Source: Girardia tigrina (lineage: Eukaryota). Taken from it: a DNA stretch of 56,354 nt. Position numbers and translations under genes: made by a program. This document shows, in pieces, positions 1-14,118 of this stretch (its first letter is position 1; every line of letters starts with the position of its first letter). Below the pieces are notes generated by a model. That model did not search any database and was not told where the DNA came from. It was given only the letters and a program-made list of their open reading frames with translations. The DNA lies in contig MQRK01237215.1 of assembly GCA_001938485.1 (NCBI GenBank), forward strand, positions 1 to 56,354, in the 5' to 3' direction.

Positions 1-1829
1 GGCAAGTTGCGCACCGGTGCTCATAGCTACCACATATAAAACAACCATTGTCCCGACTATTTGCGGCGCTTTGTGATGACGGTTTCATACGGCATTCCCG
101 TCTCATGTGGCCCGTTTTGTTTTAAAAAAAACAAACATTTCTGATTAATAATAAAAATTGTAATTAAAATTTAATTTATTAGAATTTGACTTTTTGGGAA
201 ATAAATAATTTGGAGTAACAAACATTGTAAATAAAATTAGGTTTTAAATAAAAATTTCAGTATTTAGAACAAGTAATGGTAACTCAAAATTTGTATTCAA
301 AAAATAACTATAATCAAATGTTTTTTTGAAAAATTGAATTGTATAATAAAAATCATAATATTTTAGTTTTAATGATACAATTAAAATGTTATCAAATTTG
401 TATAAAAATATAATTATTATATATAATATAATTAAATGTTTTTTTTTAAAAATTAGGTGGTAAAATAAAAAAATCATAATGTTTATTTAAAATTGAAAGT
501 GTCGTAGTAGTAAAATTTGTAGTAAAAGAATTATTATAATTGAATGTTTAACTAATTAACGAAGAATAATATTAAGAAATATTAGGAAATTTAATTTTAA
601 CAGTAGATGTACCATTCAAATATTATAAAAGATCTAAAATTGTATTTAAGTTAACTGGTTTTAGATAAATAATATTGAAATAACAACATTTAAATAATTT
701 TAGATTACTAGAAATTGTTGCAAAATACGTTTAAAAATAATTTAAAATAGAATAGTTATTATTTAGATTTTTATAATGTATTTTGAAGATTTTTATAAAA
801 TAATAAAATCTTAATATATAAATTAACGTACTCAAAAAATAAATTCCATTTTAATTAACGTTTTAATAAATAAGTTATCAGTATTATAATCCAGTATTTT
901 TATGTATAATTAATCTGGTCAAAAACAAAAAAAAGAAAACATAAGAAAAGTTCCTCAAGAAAAATTGTTTAAATAATTGTTATTGTTATAGAAATAAAAT
1001 TTGGTGTTAATGAATTATAATTTTGATCAAGAACCCGACAGTTACGTTCCAAAAAACACAACACACTACATATTTGAAACTGAACTCTAAAATTAGCAAA
1101 AAAGAATCAAAATTAAACTATATTAAAATTGCGTTGATTTTCAGCTAGAAAGAGAATCCCGAGTTTTGATGGCATGGCGCAATTAAAAACAAAAGTAGTG
1201 CCATCTTTAAGGAAAAAAAGAAAATTTCAAAAAAATTCAAAAAAAAATTTAAGACTCGAACACAAAACAACGCAACAACAAAAATCTAATGACGCACTGT
1301 GAAAATTAGTACTAATTAAGCAGCGACACAACTTCGAAAAATGCAAAACGAAACGACGCAAAGCGAGTTATTGGTGTATATATAATTATTAAATATTATT
1401 ATATTAAAAATATTAAATGCATTTAAATTATCATTATAATTTAATAAATTTTATTAAATATTTTAGAAAAAATGTTCATCTTGATTTTACTGATAGACGC
1501 AATCATTAGTTTAAATAAATAAATTATTAAAAAGATAAAAGATATTCAGAACAGAAAATCACATAATCAAAAATGATAAAGCAAAATTTACATTAATAAA
1601 ATTGACGAAATAAACAAAAACAGTAAAATAAACGAAGTAAAATTAATTTAGTAAATATTTATGAAATTCATTTTATTGTGCATTTGTGAGAATTTATATA
1701 AACAATCAATTATAATTAATTAAATTTCAAAGAACAATAATTAATTCAAAATAAACAATTTTAAGTTATTGATAACATAAATATCTAAACTTTTATATTA
1801 GACAGTAATGTTTGCTTTAAACCTACAAA

Positions 1830-2603
1830 TGTTCAAATTCAAGATCAATCTTGTAAAATTGATAAACTCAGATCAGAAATTGGATACGTTTTTACTGTAC
1901 CCTAAACAGAAGGATTAAAACTTTTTTAAAATTTAATCTTTAACTCTTGTTGCTCTAAACAGGTGTAATTGTAAAAAAATGTACGCCCATACGTTCCGAT
2001 CGAGTATTTTGGTGTCTTGTTAAAAATAATTGTTTTATAATTAATTTTTAACTGCTCTACACGACCAAACTTGCTGAATCTAAATGCGTCCAACTGCTCG
2101 ACATGTAGCCCCTGAAATATGATCTCAAAACCGGTATCACAGTCAAAATGTGAAAGCATAAGGCCATAAATTGAAAAATATATTATGTCCCCAACATTGC
2201 AATAATGATCACCAATATATCTTCTCCCCCGTTAGCACTGTGTTGGGATCTCGTTAGACTTCTTTTAATATCACTTCGGGTAATATCATTGATTCAGTTA
2301 ATATCTCGTCTTTTAAATTTCCGTAAGATACGATATTAACCGGTTTCAATTGTATATACATTTGTGACACTTCACGTCCTCTCTACAAGAGAATCTAGGG
2401 TCACAATTTTTAATGAAAGTCGTAGCAATGTGACTGGAAATAGAAAACAATGTAAAGAGGAGATGGATTCTCACGACGTAAACTTCTGTTCTCTGATTTT
2501 AAGAATTATTTGGAGACAGTGGAATATAAAGAATCTGCACATAAGATTTGGGGATACCAAAAAGACTGCTCACTCTATAAGTTTATTGGGAATTTTTAAA
2601 TGA
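1830..2603 (+). mobile_element. Degenerate Penelope-like retroelement (GIY-YIG endonuclease region)
   Basis: NCIYICDTSRPLYKRI*GH near 2345-2405 matches the YIGETSR.L.KRI.EH motif; the tail resembles the copy at 36480-36620. The left boundary is approximate. Confidence 0.65.
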
Positions 2604-3899
2604 TCAAAATTTATTCTTTTTGAAGATTATCATTTAAAAAATAACTAAATTTTAATTACCTCATTTATTTGTCATTTGATAATTTTCCAGTTTTATTCAT
2701 GTTTATTCACAATTTGATTTTATTAATGAAAATGGTTCTTGTTTAATAATTAAACAGAATTAAATTTCTATTGAAAATTATTTTAAATATTTTTTGTTTC
2801 CCAGAAACCAGTAGGTCTTGTCCTTCATTACTTCTATAGATTCGAATATATGTGAATACATTAAAACAGAACAATCTTCATTTTTATAACTTTTAAAATA
2901 CTAAAATGACTTTCAATATTTTTAATAACATTAAAAATTAGGTTGGCCGCAAGACAATCTTTAACAAAACTCTTGTATGATTACATTGTTCGAATAGATT
3001 AATAATTTCTACTCCATCGTCTAAACTAATTTGAACTTTAAAGGTCTTTTAAAGTATTTATCACATAATTGTGATATTTTATAAAATTCTGGTTTCTGAT
3101 TTCCGTATTTCTATTTCCTCTTTGAATCTTCCTGTTAATGTATCATTTACTGTTTCACGAGCTCTGAAAAATTTTCAGATCCACCCTCGAGGGAGAAAAG
3201 TAAAATGGGAACTGTGTCATCTGATGTCCTCTACTTGGACACTCCAGCTGCTCTGAATGGAGAAACAATTATGATTATGAATTTTGTCACATTTTCAAAT
3301 GGCGGTTCATCGATTTAAACATAAAAAAACTGAAAACAACTTAAAAATTAAAGAAAGTGATAATGAATATCTAGTGACAAAATCAAACGATCAAAATCTG
3401 ATCTCAGACAAAATAGCTATGTAAAGTAAAACGATTAACGAAAAGAAATCATAATTCCATCCATAAAAAACCTTTCGATAATCAAAATTTCTGATCGACT
3501 GAAACATAAAATAAAAATATTCGTTAAAAACAATAGATGGAAAACGTATCGCTTTCAATGATCCGAAAGCAGATAAAATAAGGGATATAATGAAAAAGAT
3601 CCAAGAAAAGATCTGACTGGTACCAGATGTACATATATTGATTTATTGAGTTTATTGATTGATTTATTTATTTATTAGATAAAATAACTCTAGATGAATA
3701 TGAAATAAATAATCAATCAGCGATCGATATTTGCACAAAATTGAGATACGAATTGAAAATGTGACAGTGAGAGAATCGAGACCACTAAAACTGAGATAGA
3801 GAAATAGTGAATAAATATTGAGGTGAAATAAACGAAAGACAGACTCATTATGAAACAAGGGTTGAAGGGATAGAGAGACATCTAATGATAATAGACAGA

Positions 3900-4450
3900 A
3901 CATTTGTTTGGTAGATCAGCAAGATTGATGGTATCAAACTAGAGCAAGAAGTCCTCAGTGAGTATTTTACAAGAAAATTTTTCTTTGCAAATTCGGACTG
4001 AGCTTGTATAATCTTTCAAAATGTTTGCAAATAGATCTACTGGTATACAGCTCATCTGACGACGACAATCTTGATTGGTCATTCAAAACACAAGTGAAAA
4101 TCAAAATTTACTACAAACTATTTAGTAAGAAATACAAATCTGTTGTTACAAAAAATTGTATTCTGAAAAAGCCGACTGGTGTTACCAACAGTAGAAGTGG
4201 TTCATATTCAATAAATGTGATTTTGCTAAGTCAGAACAATTGAACAACGAAGTGGCTTTCGTAATCGAATAATTTAATTGCCATGTAACCTCTTTGGAAT
4301 GTTTTTTTACCATTGATGTGTATACTTGACGATGTTATTTTATTGCGGTAACCGGTTTGTTTGGTGTTAAACTTCCAAAGCTGTTACCAATTGTCGATGT
4401 TTTTCATTTAGTATTTTCAGCTCCAAGATAAGAGTTTCAATCGTTGAACG
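3900..4450 (+). pseudogene. Highly decayed mariner-like transposase remnant
   Basis: Only weak motif resemblance (DDD..SGRP-like region, LLP..TI-like region). Confidence 0.3.
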
Positions 4451-4672
4451 ATGAAAGCAGAAATAATTTCTTCTTTTGAGGCTTGACTCTCAAATACTTC
4501 CAGCACCAATTTTCACTCTCGCAGTTCGAAACACTGAAACTGTGAGCTGAATCACAAAGATGTCTACTTTATACTTTTTAGTTTTGAAAATTTCTGATAA
4601 AACTACTAAGTAAATTCTTTGTTTAAAAGATCTTTTTTGTGACCAGAATATTTCTACAATAACACTTTAGAA

Positions 4673-5116
4673 CAGTAGTTCTCAAACAGTGGGTCGCGCC
4701 CCATATGGGGGTCACAAGCAGGATTCTCAGGGGGTCGCAAGGCCATTGCTTTAATTAAAAAAATTATGCATCTTATCAGTTTTTTTATTCATTATATAGT
4801 CATACAGATGAACCATTATGTAGGGTGTTAGCAACCAGCATGGTTTCCTGTTGTAATAATATGTGTGCGTATGAGAGTACATTAATACCCTCTTATACTG
4901 GTTTGCGAAACTCCACTGCATAGTAGTGGGTCCGTGTACGTGAGTGTGTGTATGCATGTCCATTTCTGTGTCACTGAGCAAAAATAAGAAAAACAAAACA
5001 AAAATAAAGCAAATGTGTTAGTTTGGTGTAGTTTTCTGAAGTACATGAGTGGGGGTCTCGGTAAGATATTATAAGGACGGGAGGGGTCATCTTTCGTAGT
5101 TGGTTGAGAACCACTG
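4673..5116. mobile_element. Non-autonomous hAT (Buster/Charlie-type) MITE
   Basis: TIR CAGTAGTTCTCAA / TTGAGAACCACTG; 8-bp TSD ctttagaa/ttttagaa with central TA. Confidence 0.88.
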
Positions 5117-5393
5117 TTTTAGAATAACATTTAAAAACATATCACAAATAAACGAGATACCCATTTGTTTGAATATAGAGAGATCAATTGATTTTTAAAT
5201 CCAGTTCTTCGTATCCTGATCTTGCTTGTAGAAAAAAGTTACTTTTGAAATAAAAATCTCCAAAAACATCTCCATTTTCGAAATTTCACGAGGACTTATT
5301 TTATTTTTCTGTTTGTGAGTGTCGTTAAAACTTATGCAACACTCATTAAAATATATATTTAAAAATAACACAATAATAAATTAATATTTAAAC

Positions 5394-6135
5394 CAAGGGT
5401 GGCAAACTTGAGGCCCGCGGGCTGCATGTAGCCCGCTTTAAGCAATTTTTCGGACCACGAGATTCATCATCCTTTTACAAAACATATTTACAAAATAGAT
5501 TATAAAACAGATTTTTTACAATATATATGGTTGACTTACAATGCAATTTTGAATTGAAACATATTTTTGAAACATCAGAATCAAAAATAGACTCATATAA
5601 ATACTTACGTAACAAAAGAGAAATTTTCGAATTTGAGAAATCTTGCAAAGCAAATCTTATCAAAGCAAAGTTTTGAGTGTTCTTGATTCAACTCACACCT
5701 GTGAATTGTTAGAAAATGAAATTGACTAAACACAAAAAAAGCGGTCAAGCATAACGGACACTAACCTCCAAGCCTAATTACGATGTGCAAATACCCAAAT
5801 AGAAATCGATTTGCGAGAACGTAGAAGAAGAATGTAGAAACATATATCGCACTAGTAAAATAATTATATTTTAATGACTTCATTTTCTTATTTGATTTAT
5901 ATTTATATTTTTCTTTACAATGTGCGTTTAGTACCATTATTATTATACTATGTTAATTTGTAAGAATATTAGTAAGCGCAATAATAATAATTCATTATGC
6001 TTCATTTTTTTCATTCAAAAAATATCTATAGGGGGTTAATATCAAATGTAAAGATATATAATTTAAAATACGGCCCACGGAGTTATGATGGTTTTCAAAA
6101 GTGGCCCGTAAGATCATTTGAGTCGGTCACCCTTG
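5394..6135 (+). mobile_element. Internally deleted hAT (Buster group, SPIN/GTF2IRD2-like) element
   Basis: TIR CAAGGGTG / CACCCTTG; perfect TSD atttaaac; dimerisation-domain remnant STHTCE..MKLTK..RSSITDTNL. Confidence 0.88.
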
Positions 6136-6621
6136 ATTTAAACAATATTCTCATTTTCTAGATTTTTTTCTTTAATTTGTAAACTTTTTTGGACAATCGT
6201 AAAAATGTCATTTTTTCAAAGAAAGTAAATTATTTAGATAGTATATTTTTTAATTTATTCATGTACGATCATCGAGCTTGCATAATTTTGCAAAATTTTA
6301 TCTCTATCGGACGACGCAAAATAGGTGAAAAATTGTTAGCAAAGATTTTTATGAAACAAAATAACTAACAAAAGCAGATGAAATGAAATTTTTTAAGTGT
6401 GATAATAAATTGAACCAAAAATGTATGTAAAGTCTTAAGATAAAGATGTACTCATAATCATTTTGAAGAGGATGATTGACTTTAATAAATAGTACATCAC
6501 GAATAAATAAATTATTGTCATATATATAATTCACATTTGAATTTTTTTACTAATAATCAATAGAATAACAATTAAAATCTAATTTTATTTTTTGAAGAAT
6601 TCCTTTTATGTTCTGTTACAG

Positions 6622-8816
6622 CAGGGCTTCTCAACCTTTTTCCTCTGTGGACCCCCAAACAAAACTTTTTTTCACTATGGACCTCCGGTGTTGATTTAGG
6701 TAAGATTTTTAGTGTTTATGTATTTAATTTCTAAAAATAAAAAATATAAAAAAAACTTTATTCATTTTTATTAAGCACATTAATTCAACAAAAAATTTTA
6801 TTCGAATAGATCAAGGTGTCTTATAGACAAAAGTATTAGTGAGAGCCTTGTAGCTGTTTATTACTTACAAGAGCAGAAATTCGTGGTTGCAAGTTACTTA
6901 GACGGAGCCTCATCTCTGCATTATCATTCAAGTGCAAGCTCCTTCGTTGTTTTACGAATGAATGAAGCAAAATTGAAAAGCCTTTTTCAGCCAAATTGGA
7001 CGTTGGTCAATTAATTATAAAAGGTTCCACCTTTCCAAACAAGATTTGTTATTTTGCTGAGTTTTGCAGCCATGCCTTGACCAAATTTTTCTTGGAGACC
7101 TGAATCATGTGCTCATCCGCGATAACATCGCAAATTTCATTCTGAATGCATTCTGGTTGACCCATGACATACTGCATTGTCATGGTATGAAGCAAACCGA
7201 CAAAAGGTGGTATATTAAGCTGCAGAAGATCTTCAAAACGAGTTTGGAAGTTATCATACAAGAAATACAAATGACCCACAATGATTGATTGTAAATCGCT
7301 ATCAATTTCTTTACGGTCTAAACTGGAAAATTGACAAAAGTTATTTTTTTAAGCTTTCATTTTCCAAAGTACCAACTTATTCGTGAATGCTTTTATAATT
7401 TGTTTAGCACACACAATGATCATATCCTGGTTTTGCAATGATAAATTCAGTTCATTGAGTTTCCAAAATATTTCTTCCAAGTACAATATAATCATATTAT
7501 TATCAATAAGTGAGTTGTTCAGAATAGGGTACCTGTTCTGCAAAAACTCAGAAATTTTATCAAACAGTAGAACAAATCTGGTGAGACAGTGGCCCATTGA
7601 AAGCCAACGCACGTCTGTTGAGTAAACTAGTCGATGAAAATTTTCATCACGGCTAACATCCTGAAAAAGTCTGTCTTGAATAGCCAAGGTTCTTATTTTA
7701 TTGACACATGAAACAACGGTTTGAAAAACTGCAATAAAATCACGGTTACCAATATTTTTTGCAACCAAATTTTCACGATGCAAAACACAGTGAATAGTGA
7801 ACAAAGTTCTGTCTTGAATAAATCTGGATACAAATCCTTTTTTGCCTATCATTGACGGCGCACCATCTGTGCAAATGGAAATTATGTTATTCATGCTTAA
7901 ATCATTTGCCTGTAGAAAGTCGTTTACAACGTTGATCACTTTTCCCTGTAGTATTAATGAGAATTTTGATAAAGAGCAGCTCCTCGCGTATTTCAGAATT
8001 CTTGACATAGCGCACAAAAGCAAGAAGTACATTCTGATTTGCAAAGGTGCTTTCATCAACAGTTAATGAAAGTCTGCTGTTTCGCAAGTCTTCAATAAGG
8101 ATAGATTTGACATAATCTGCCGTATCAATAATGCGAGACGAAATAGTATTATTGGATAGAGGTATGCTGCTAATAATAAAATTTGCATTGGAAACATTAT
8201 CTACTTTATACGCTTCCATGACAGCGGCCTTGATGAGATCATAAACAATGGTATGTAGCCGACCTTGTTTAGCAATCAAAAATGCAATGTTGTAAGACGC
8301 TGTGAGCCCAGAAACGCTATTGCGTTTGATGAGAAAGCTTTTCAGTTTTTGTACTGTCACTAATCGCCTGGAAATATTTTTTTGGATTTTTTGGCCACTA
8401 AAGGATGGCATTTATTGAGATGTAATGATAATTTGGCAGGTTTCATCGATTCATTCGTCAGTTTGGTTAAGCAAATGAGACACTGTGGCAATAACGGATT
8501 ATTTTTGCTGGCAATAAATCCATTTTGATGGATCATATTTCCTACATTTTTATTGCTTTTACTCATATCAAAATTGAGTGTTTAAAAAAGTATTAAAAAG
8601 TTATTTCTTTAAACAATAATATTTTTCATCATTTTATGGTTTATACAATTTTATTTATTAGAGATGGAAACTTTTTAGAAACGATTTAAATCATTGACTT
8701 TTTGAATTCCTGAATTTTTGAATAACATTTTTTATGTAATTCATAATTTTACAATGGACCCCCTTAATCATGTTGTGGACCCCTGGGGGTTCACCTGGAC
8801 CCCATTGGAAGACCTG
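6622..8816 (-). mobile_element. Near full-length Buster-type hAT DNA transposon
   Basis: TIR CAGGGCTTC.CAA / TTGGAAGACCTG; TSD tgttacag/tattacag; encloses a transposase pseudogene. Confidence 0.92.
6836..8566 (-). pseudogene. Buster/ZBED5-ZBED8-like hAT transposase, frameshifted
   Basis: Motifs PQCLIC..LTNESMKPAKLSLHL, IPLSNNTISSRI, VDEST, ICTDGAPSMIG, HCVLHRENL and VRWLSMG are split over several frames. Confidence 0.92.
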
Positions 8817-9499
8817 TATTACAGTATATAACAATTTCAAGTCCTGAATACGTAATTTTTTATAAAGACAAATGAACTCCTTATTTGTGTTATTTATTGT
8901 TTTTACGATTCTCAATTGTCAATTTATATGTTGAAAGTTGGAAGGCATATTTTATGATTTACAAATTTAAAAATAAAATAGTGTATGAATACTTTTCTCA
9001 AGTAAACGAGAAAGTATAATTTAATAATACAAGTAACATTCACTAATTATTCGTTTGGAAAAAGTCAAATACGTATTTAAAAATCACTGTGTTTGTTGAA
9101 AATATGTTAGAAATACGAATCACTTTCTTATAAGTATTAAATTTATTATGAACCTATAACTTATCTAAATAGAAAAATATATATCAGAAAATTTTTAAAA
9201 AAGAAATTAATACAATAACAATTAATTTATCATTCGAAATCGGTTAAATGTTAATCCACAATTTTAAAAAATTTAAATGATATTTAAAAATCAATCTAAG
9301 GTACTTTTAAATGATTTGTTTTAATAATGCAGAATTTGCACGACCTTCACAATTAAGAAACATCGTTCAGCTGGGATTAATTGATTCATGTATTTGTACT
9401 GTGTAATATTTCACCAATGAACTTTTCTATCAATACTCACTTCTGTGAACTATCAAGATGATTTAAAGCGAGGATTTCCTAAATCTTATCACAATCGAT

Positions 9500-10260
9500 T
9501 GATAGTTACCACAAATAAATACTGATAAATATGATTCAAATCATTCAGTTATTTTTAGATTCAAAGATGATCAATTAGCTTTATTTGAGAGATATTTTAA
9601 GAGACCTTTATCATTTGTGTTTGGTTCTTTTTATTATTTATTTGGGAAATAATGATTGAATATTGTTTGTAGCATTTGTGAAGAAATAATTTGAATTAAA
9701 ATGTCAACAATTGTTATTGATATTTGAGAAAAAGATCTCATGATGACTGACATTATTTAAGCGAAATTGATAAATATTTTGTTTATCTTCGAAAATCGTC
9801 TGTTAATTGTTTGACAATCATTTCTGAAATTTCACTTTGCATATTATTTATTTATTAGTGTTCATCCACAATCAACTCGCTCAAGTAAGATTCTTGATCA
9901 TTGGTTAAATTGTAAAAATAGGATCTCTTCTATTTCAAGGGATGAGTTTTCTGTCTTACATAAGCACTTTGATTCAAGTTTTGAGATACAGTTTTGTTAT
10001 TTATTATCGCTAACATTCTACAACCCATTTATTAATACTCAAAATGGGCAAAGAAAGGTTTCAATTTTTGATTAAATAAATAAATGTTACCATTAATATC
10101 CAAAGATATCCTGAAATATTAAGACATTTACAAATCTTCGATTAATGCTGCCATTCAAATATTTTACAAATTAAATTATAATTGCTGATGATGGAGTATG
10201 ATACTTTGAAGCATTTATAATAATAATTTTTAATGAAGGTTTAACGAAAATTATTTTTCA
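9500..10260 (+). mobile_element. Decayed DNA-transposon relic, possibly CACTA/EnSpm-like
   Basis: 10030-10220 aligns by eye, inverted, with 41030-41200; CxxC (CSIC) and PLI..I...PE.LR-like traces. Confidence 0.3.
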
Positions 10261-10330
10261 AAAACATCAAATAAAAAAAGAAAGTAATAAAATAATAAAT
10301 AAAAATAAAAGCAGAAAGGTGTTGTAGAGA

Positions 10331-10520
10331 CAAATCGATGAAATGCACCAGAAAATTCAACGCCTGTCCTCAGCATTGACCAAAAGAAAAGAGCAAATTC
10401 ATATTAACGATAATGCTCGGTTGTATGGTATATAATTGATCCAACAGCAGTTAAACGAATTGGATTACAAGACTGCCTCATCCGCCAGACTCGTCCACAG
10501 TCGATTGCTTATTCAAATAT
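10331..10520 (+). pseudogene. mariner transposase fragment (cecropia/Hsmar1-like)
   Basis: QIDEMHQKIQRLSSALTKRKEQIHINDNAR...QQLNELDY matches the mariner ILLHDNARPH region. Confidence 0.8.
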
Positions 10521-11329
10521 AAGAAGTGCTTTAAATAAACTCATTTATTATTATAACTAATTAAAGGTAGACCGGTAAATGATAATAATGAATTGATAGA
10601 AAATATACCAAACAGATGAACATACAAACCTTTCAGTCTGCTATTATAAGTATAAAATCGAAAATTAAAGTTTCAAACTAATTTTCTTCAAAATCAAAAT
10701 TTTAGAATATTTTTATGAGAATTATGTTTATAGAGTAGGATAAAAATTATGTTTTTTTGAAACGAAAATTGCGATAAAATAAATCAATTTCAGTATCAAT
10801 AGTGTCTTTACAAGTAAAATATTGCAAATGGGGAAACGCAGCGCTTATATTAACATTGTAACTATGTAGACGAAAAAATTCTGCTTACAAATAACGACTG
10901 AAGGATTGCGAATTGTGTCTGGTACGCAGTTTGAAGCAATTTATGAAGAATGTCTTTCAGAAGAGTTTGACGAAACGATTTATTATTTACTAAGCTGAAA
11001 AGGAAATTATATCATGAAAGAGTCTCAGAAGAACTCATCAAATGATGGACGGAAAATATAAATGAACAAATGTTTTTTATAAGATAAATTTTGTTCTTTT
11101 AATAAAATAATTTGTAAGAAATAAATTAAAATTTAAAAAATTAAGAATTAAATAAAAGTATTTTAAAAAAGAAAAAAATTTCAATATCAATAAAAATTTT
11201 ATTGTGATTAGAAAAAAAGTTTATAATTGTAATTTAAGTGATTTAAAAAAATGTTAAAAAACTGTTGTCAAAAATAAATGGGGTATAAAAATATTCATGT
11301 CTTAGTAAATTTTTTTGTCAATTTAAATA

Positions 11330-11760
11330 ATGTTATTAAAAGTTATTGTCAATACAAAAAATTTTGAAACGATTATCGATTCTTGTTTCAAAGTGAAATT
11401 GTATGATTATGGTAAAGTGAAAAAAGGCTGCGTTGTAAAAAATGAGAATGAAGGTGTATTTCATATCATTAAGAGGAACATTCTTCATGTATACAAATTC
11501 TTTTTTGACACAAACACGGCAGCAATATGCCCGTCACAGATATCATTTTGTTTATGAGACGAATGATGCTTTTTATATGTTCAAGAATGAGCATAATATT
11601 ATTATGTCGATTTAGTTTCCCGCTAAGGTGCAGGATTTTTAACGGACTCATTAATGAATTCAAAACTGAATAGATCAAAGGTCAGATGTCTATGAACTTA
11701 TTACTAAATCCGGTATAAATTCTCCTATTGCTGGAGGTTATAAGATTTAGGACCACGTTC
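11330..11760 (+). pseudogene. Decayed mariner-like transposase fragment
   Basis: Weak order-consistent motifs (LYD..K.K, FH.K..L.V..D..). Confidence 0.35.
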
Positions 11761-12232
11761 ACGCAAAGAAATATTGACGACAGACCGATTTAATGAATTG
11801 TTTAAAATTACAACGAGCGCCAACCATAACTCGCATCCGTCACTCTAGATCACTTCTTTTTCTCCGTTGTTAATCGAATCAAAACGATCTTAAATCAAAT
11901 TCTGTAATCAGAAACATTTAATCAATCCATTAATCGATAAATAAATTGACTTTGGCTTAACGAACAATTACAAAATCTTGAGCTTGGAATGTTTTCCTTG
12001 GAGAGGCTTTTTTTACTATATCGGTGACCTTTTGCTTATTATATTTCTTTAAACGATTATTAAATAATTTTCTAGACAGCCCACGAGTGTTTGCGATATC
12101 AATAATTTATTTACCTTTTCTAAAATCAATAAAGATTTATCGTAATTTGAAATTTAAAAACATTTTTCTTAACTCGCTGAAAGAAAAGATATTCAAAGAA
12201 ACAATTTATAAACGAAAATAAAATTTCGTATA

Positions 12233-13492
12233 CAGTCGAACCCCGGTTTAACGAAAAACACGGGGATCGAGAAAAAATTCGTTAAATCGGGGTTTTGTTA
12301 AGGCGGGGTTTGACGGTAATGGCCGATCAATCCCCAAGTTTATTTAATATTAATTTTTAAAATTTAAAGAATAAAAATCTATATACTTTATTGAAAAGAT
12401 TTCGTTAATCAATACGCAAAAAACATACAGTGTGGCTTGACATCGTCGATTTAAGGTAGATTTCGCCAGAGTGGCTTCTAAATCTACAGCCGAAATGATT
12501 CCAGATATTCTGTGTTCATTGCAATATTGATGGATTACATAAGAGCTCTTCATCCAAAATCACAAGGTCAGATTGAATGGGCAAATCAAATGCTAATTAA
12601 TCGATTAGCAAAGACCCTTCAGGATAAAGAAAAAATAGGCTGACATTATTGGTGAAAAATCATGTTAAAAACTAATTTATTTGATAGATTTCATTTATTC
12701 ACAAATCAACTCAAAAGTTCATAGGGGAAATGGAAAAATTCCCTTCAAAGTATTTAGAGTCCCCGAAAAACCTTTAATTTCCATTCAAAATATTTAAATT
12801 TAATTGGGAATGAAAACACGGAAAATAGAAGAGAGCTCCGAAATTGAGAATACTCAGTGCTGTAATTTAAATTATTCCAGTTCAGAAAACTCAGAAGACA
12901 CCTAAGAATATTTCAGAGATTATAGTTGAATCCATAGAAAAATTAAAAATCTAGATACAAATGAAGAAAAATTTAAATTTGGAACTAGAATCAAAAATAT
13001 ATTAATTTGATGTTTATTTTATATTAGGTATATATAATTAAAATAGAGCTTAAAATGAAAGCCCACAACAGCCCATAAATTTACCATTCAATGCACAAAG
13101 TTAAAGTTACCTTAAATAAATTCACTTAAAAATGTTGGTCGATCGAACATTCAAAACATAATGTAATTTCACTAAAGTGTAGTTTTGATATTTAAATATA
13201 CTATCAGTTTAAAATATTCAAACAAAATAATATTAATGAATTTAATTTAACGATTTAATTTTATTAATTTGCGTCTAAAATAAAAAGAGAACGGGTGTAT
13301 CATAAGTAAATTTTCGTTAAGGTTGGGTTTTTATTTTGTAAAATGTGAAAGTAACGTTCGTTAAAGCGAGGTTTTCGTTAAAATGGGGTTCTTTAAAACG
13401 GGGGCTTATAAACATATCATGTACGGTGTTGTGGTAAGGACTTCACTATTCCTTTCGTTAAATCGGGGATTTCGTTAATCGGGGTTCGACTG
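12233..13492 (+). mobile_element. pogo/Tigger-type TIR element carrying an rve integrase remnant
   Basis: TA-flanked TIR CAGTCGAACCCCG / CGGGGTTCGACTG with subterminal TTCGTTAA.NCGGGG repeats; internal HPKSQGQIEWANQMLINRLAKTL at 12551-12619. Confidence 0.85.
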
Positions 13493-14118
13493 TAGTATCC
13501 AAGTTAAATAAGATGTGTAAATTTAGTGACCGCTGTGGTTAATAGACAGTTATGATATTATGAGATGAAAGTATAATTTATTTTGATTGATTCTTGCTGT
13601 AGAAAACAAGTGCAGAATACTATGCATATGAGAAAAATGATAATTTTTAAAGATAGATATTACTGCCAAAGTGCACATTGATTTGAGTAAATAAAAAATA
13701 TTGTCATGTGCTAATTCTCTGGCACCAATGTAGAAGACAGAATAACATCAATAAAAATTGAATTTATTATAAAATTGAAAAAAATAACTTGAAAAATTGG
13801 TTTAAGTTTTAGTAAAGAATAAATAGTATTACGTCATCATTAAATGAAAAATGTCTCTTTAACCTAAAAATTCTTTAATGGAAAGACAAAAATATGAAAT
13901 AAAAACTAAAACAAAGGGAATCGAAAGAACCAAAAACAGTCAATGACTCAAAGCTACAGCTTCATATATATTTATGAAAAACAAATTTAGAACATAATCG
14001 AAAAGAGAGTAAGCAATGATGTTGACCGTTGGAAAAATGCAAATGTGATATTAATATTGATAATTTAAAGATTCTATGTGAGCATTTTGATATTTATCGT
14101 GAGACAATGTCATGTGAA

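Noticed and set aside
60-112. Minus-strand ATGAG-ACGG-loop-CCGT-AT-GAAAC resembling a hammerhead
   Set aside because: Lacks the CUGA core; more likely the end of a GC-rich repeat truncated by the window edge.
244-477. Short I/F/K/L-rich ORFs here and throughout the window
   Set aside because: Low-complexity products of AT-rich DNA or antisense shadows of TE ORFs, with no motifs or splice support.
4036-4090. CTGACGA followed by a hairpin
   Set aside because: No GAAA after the stem, and it lies inside a mariner-like relic.
10186-10215. CTGATGA-stem-GAAG
   Set aside because: Core mismatch, 3-nt loop, no helix III and no Penelope context.
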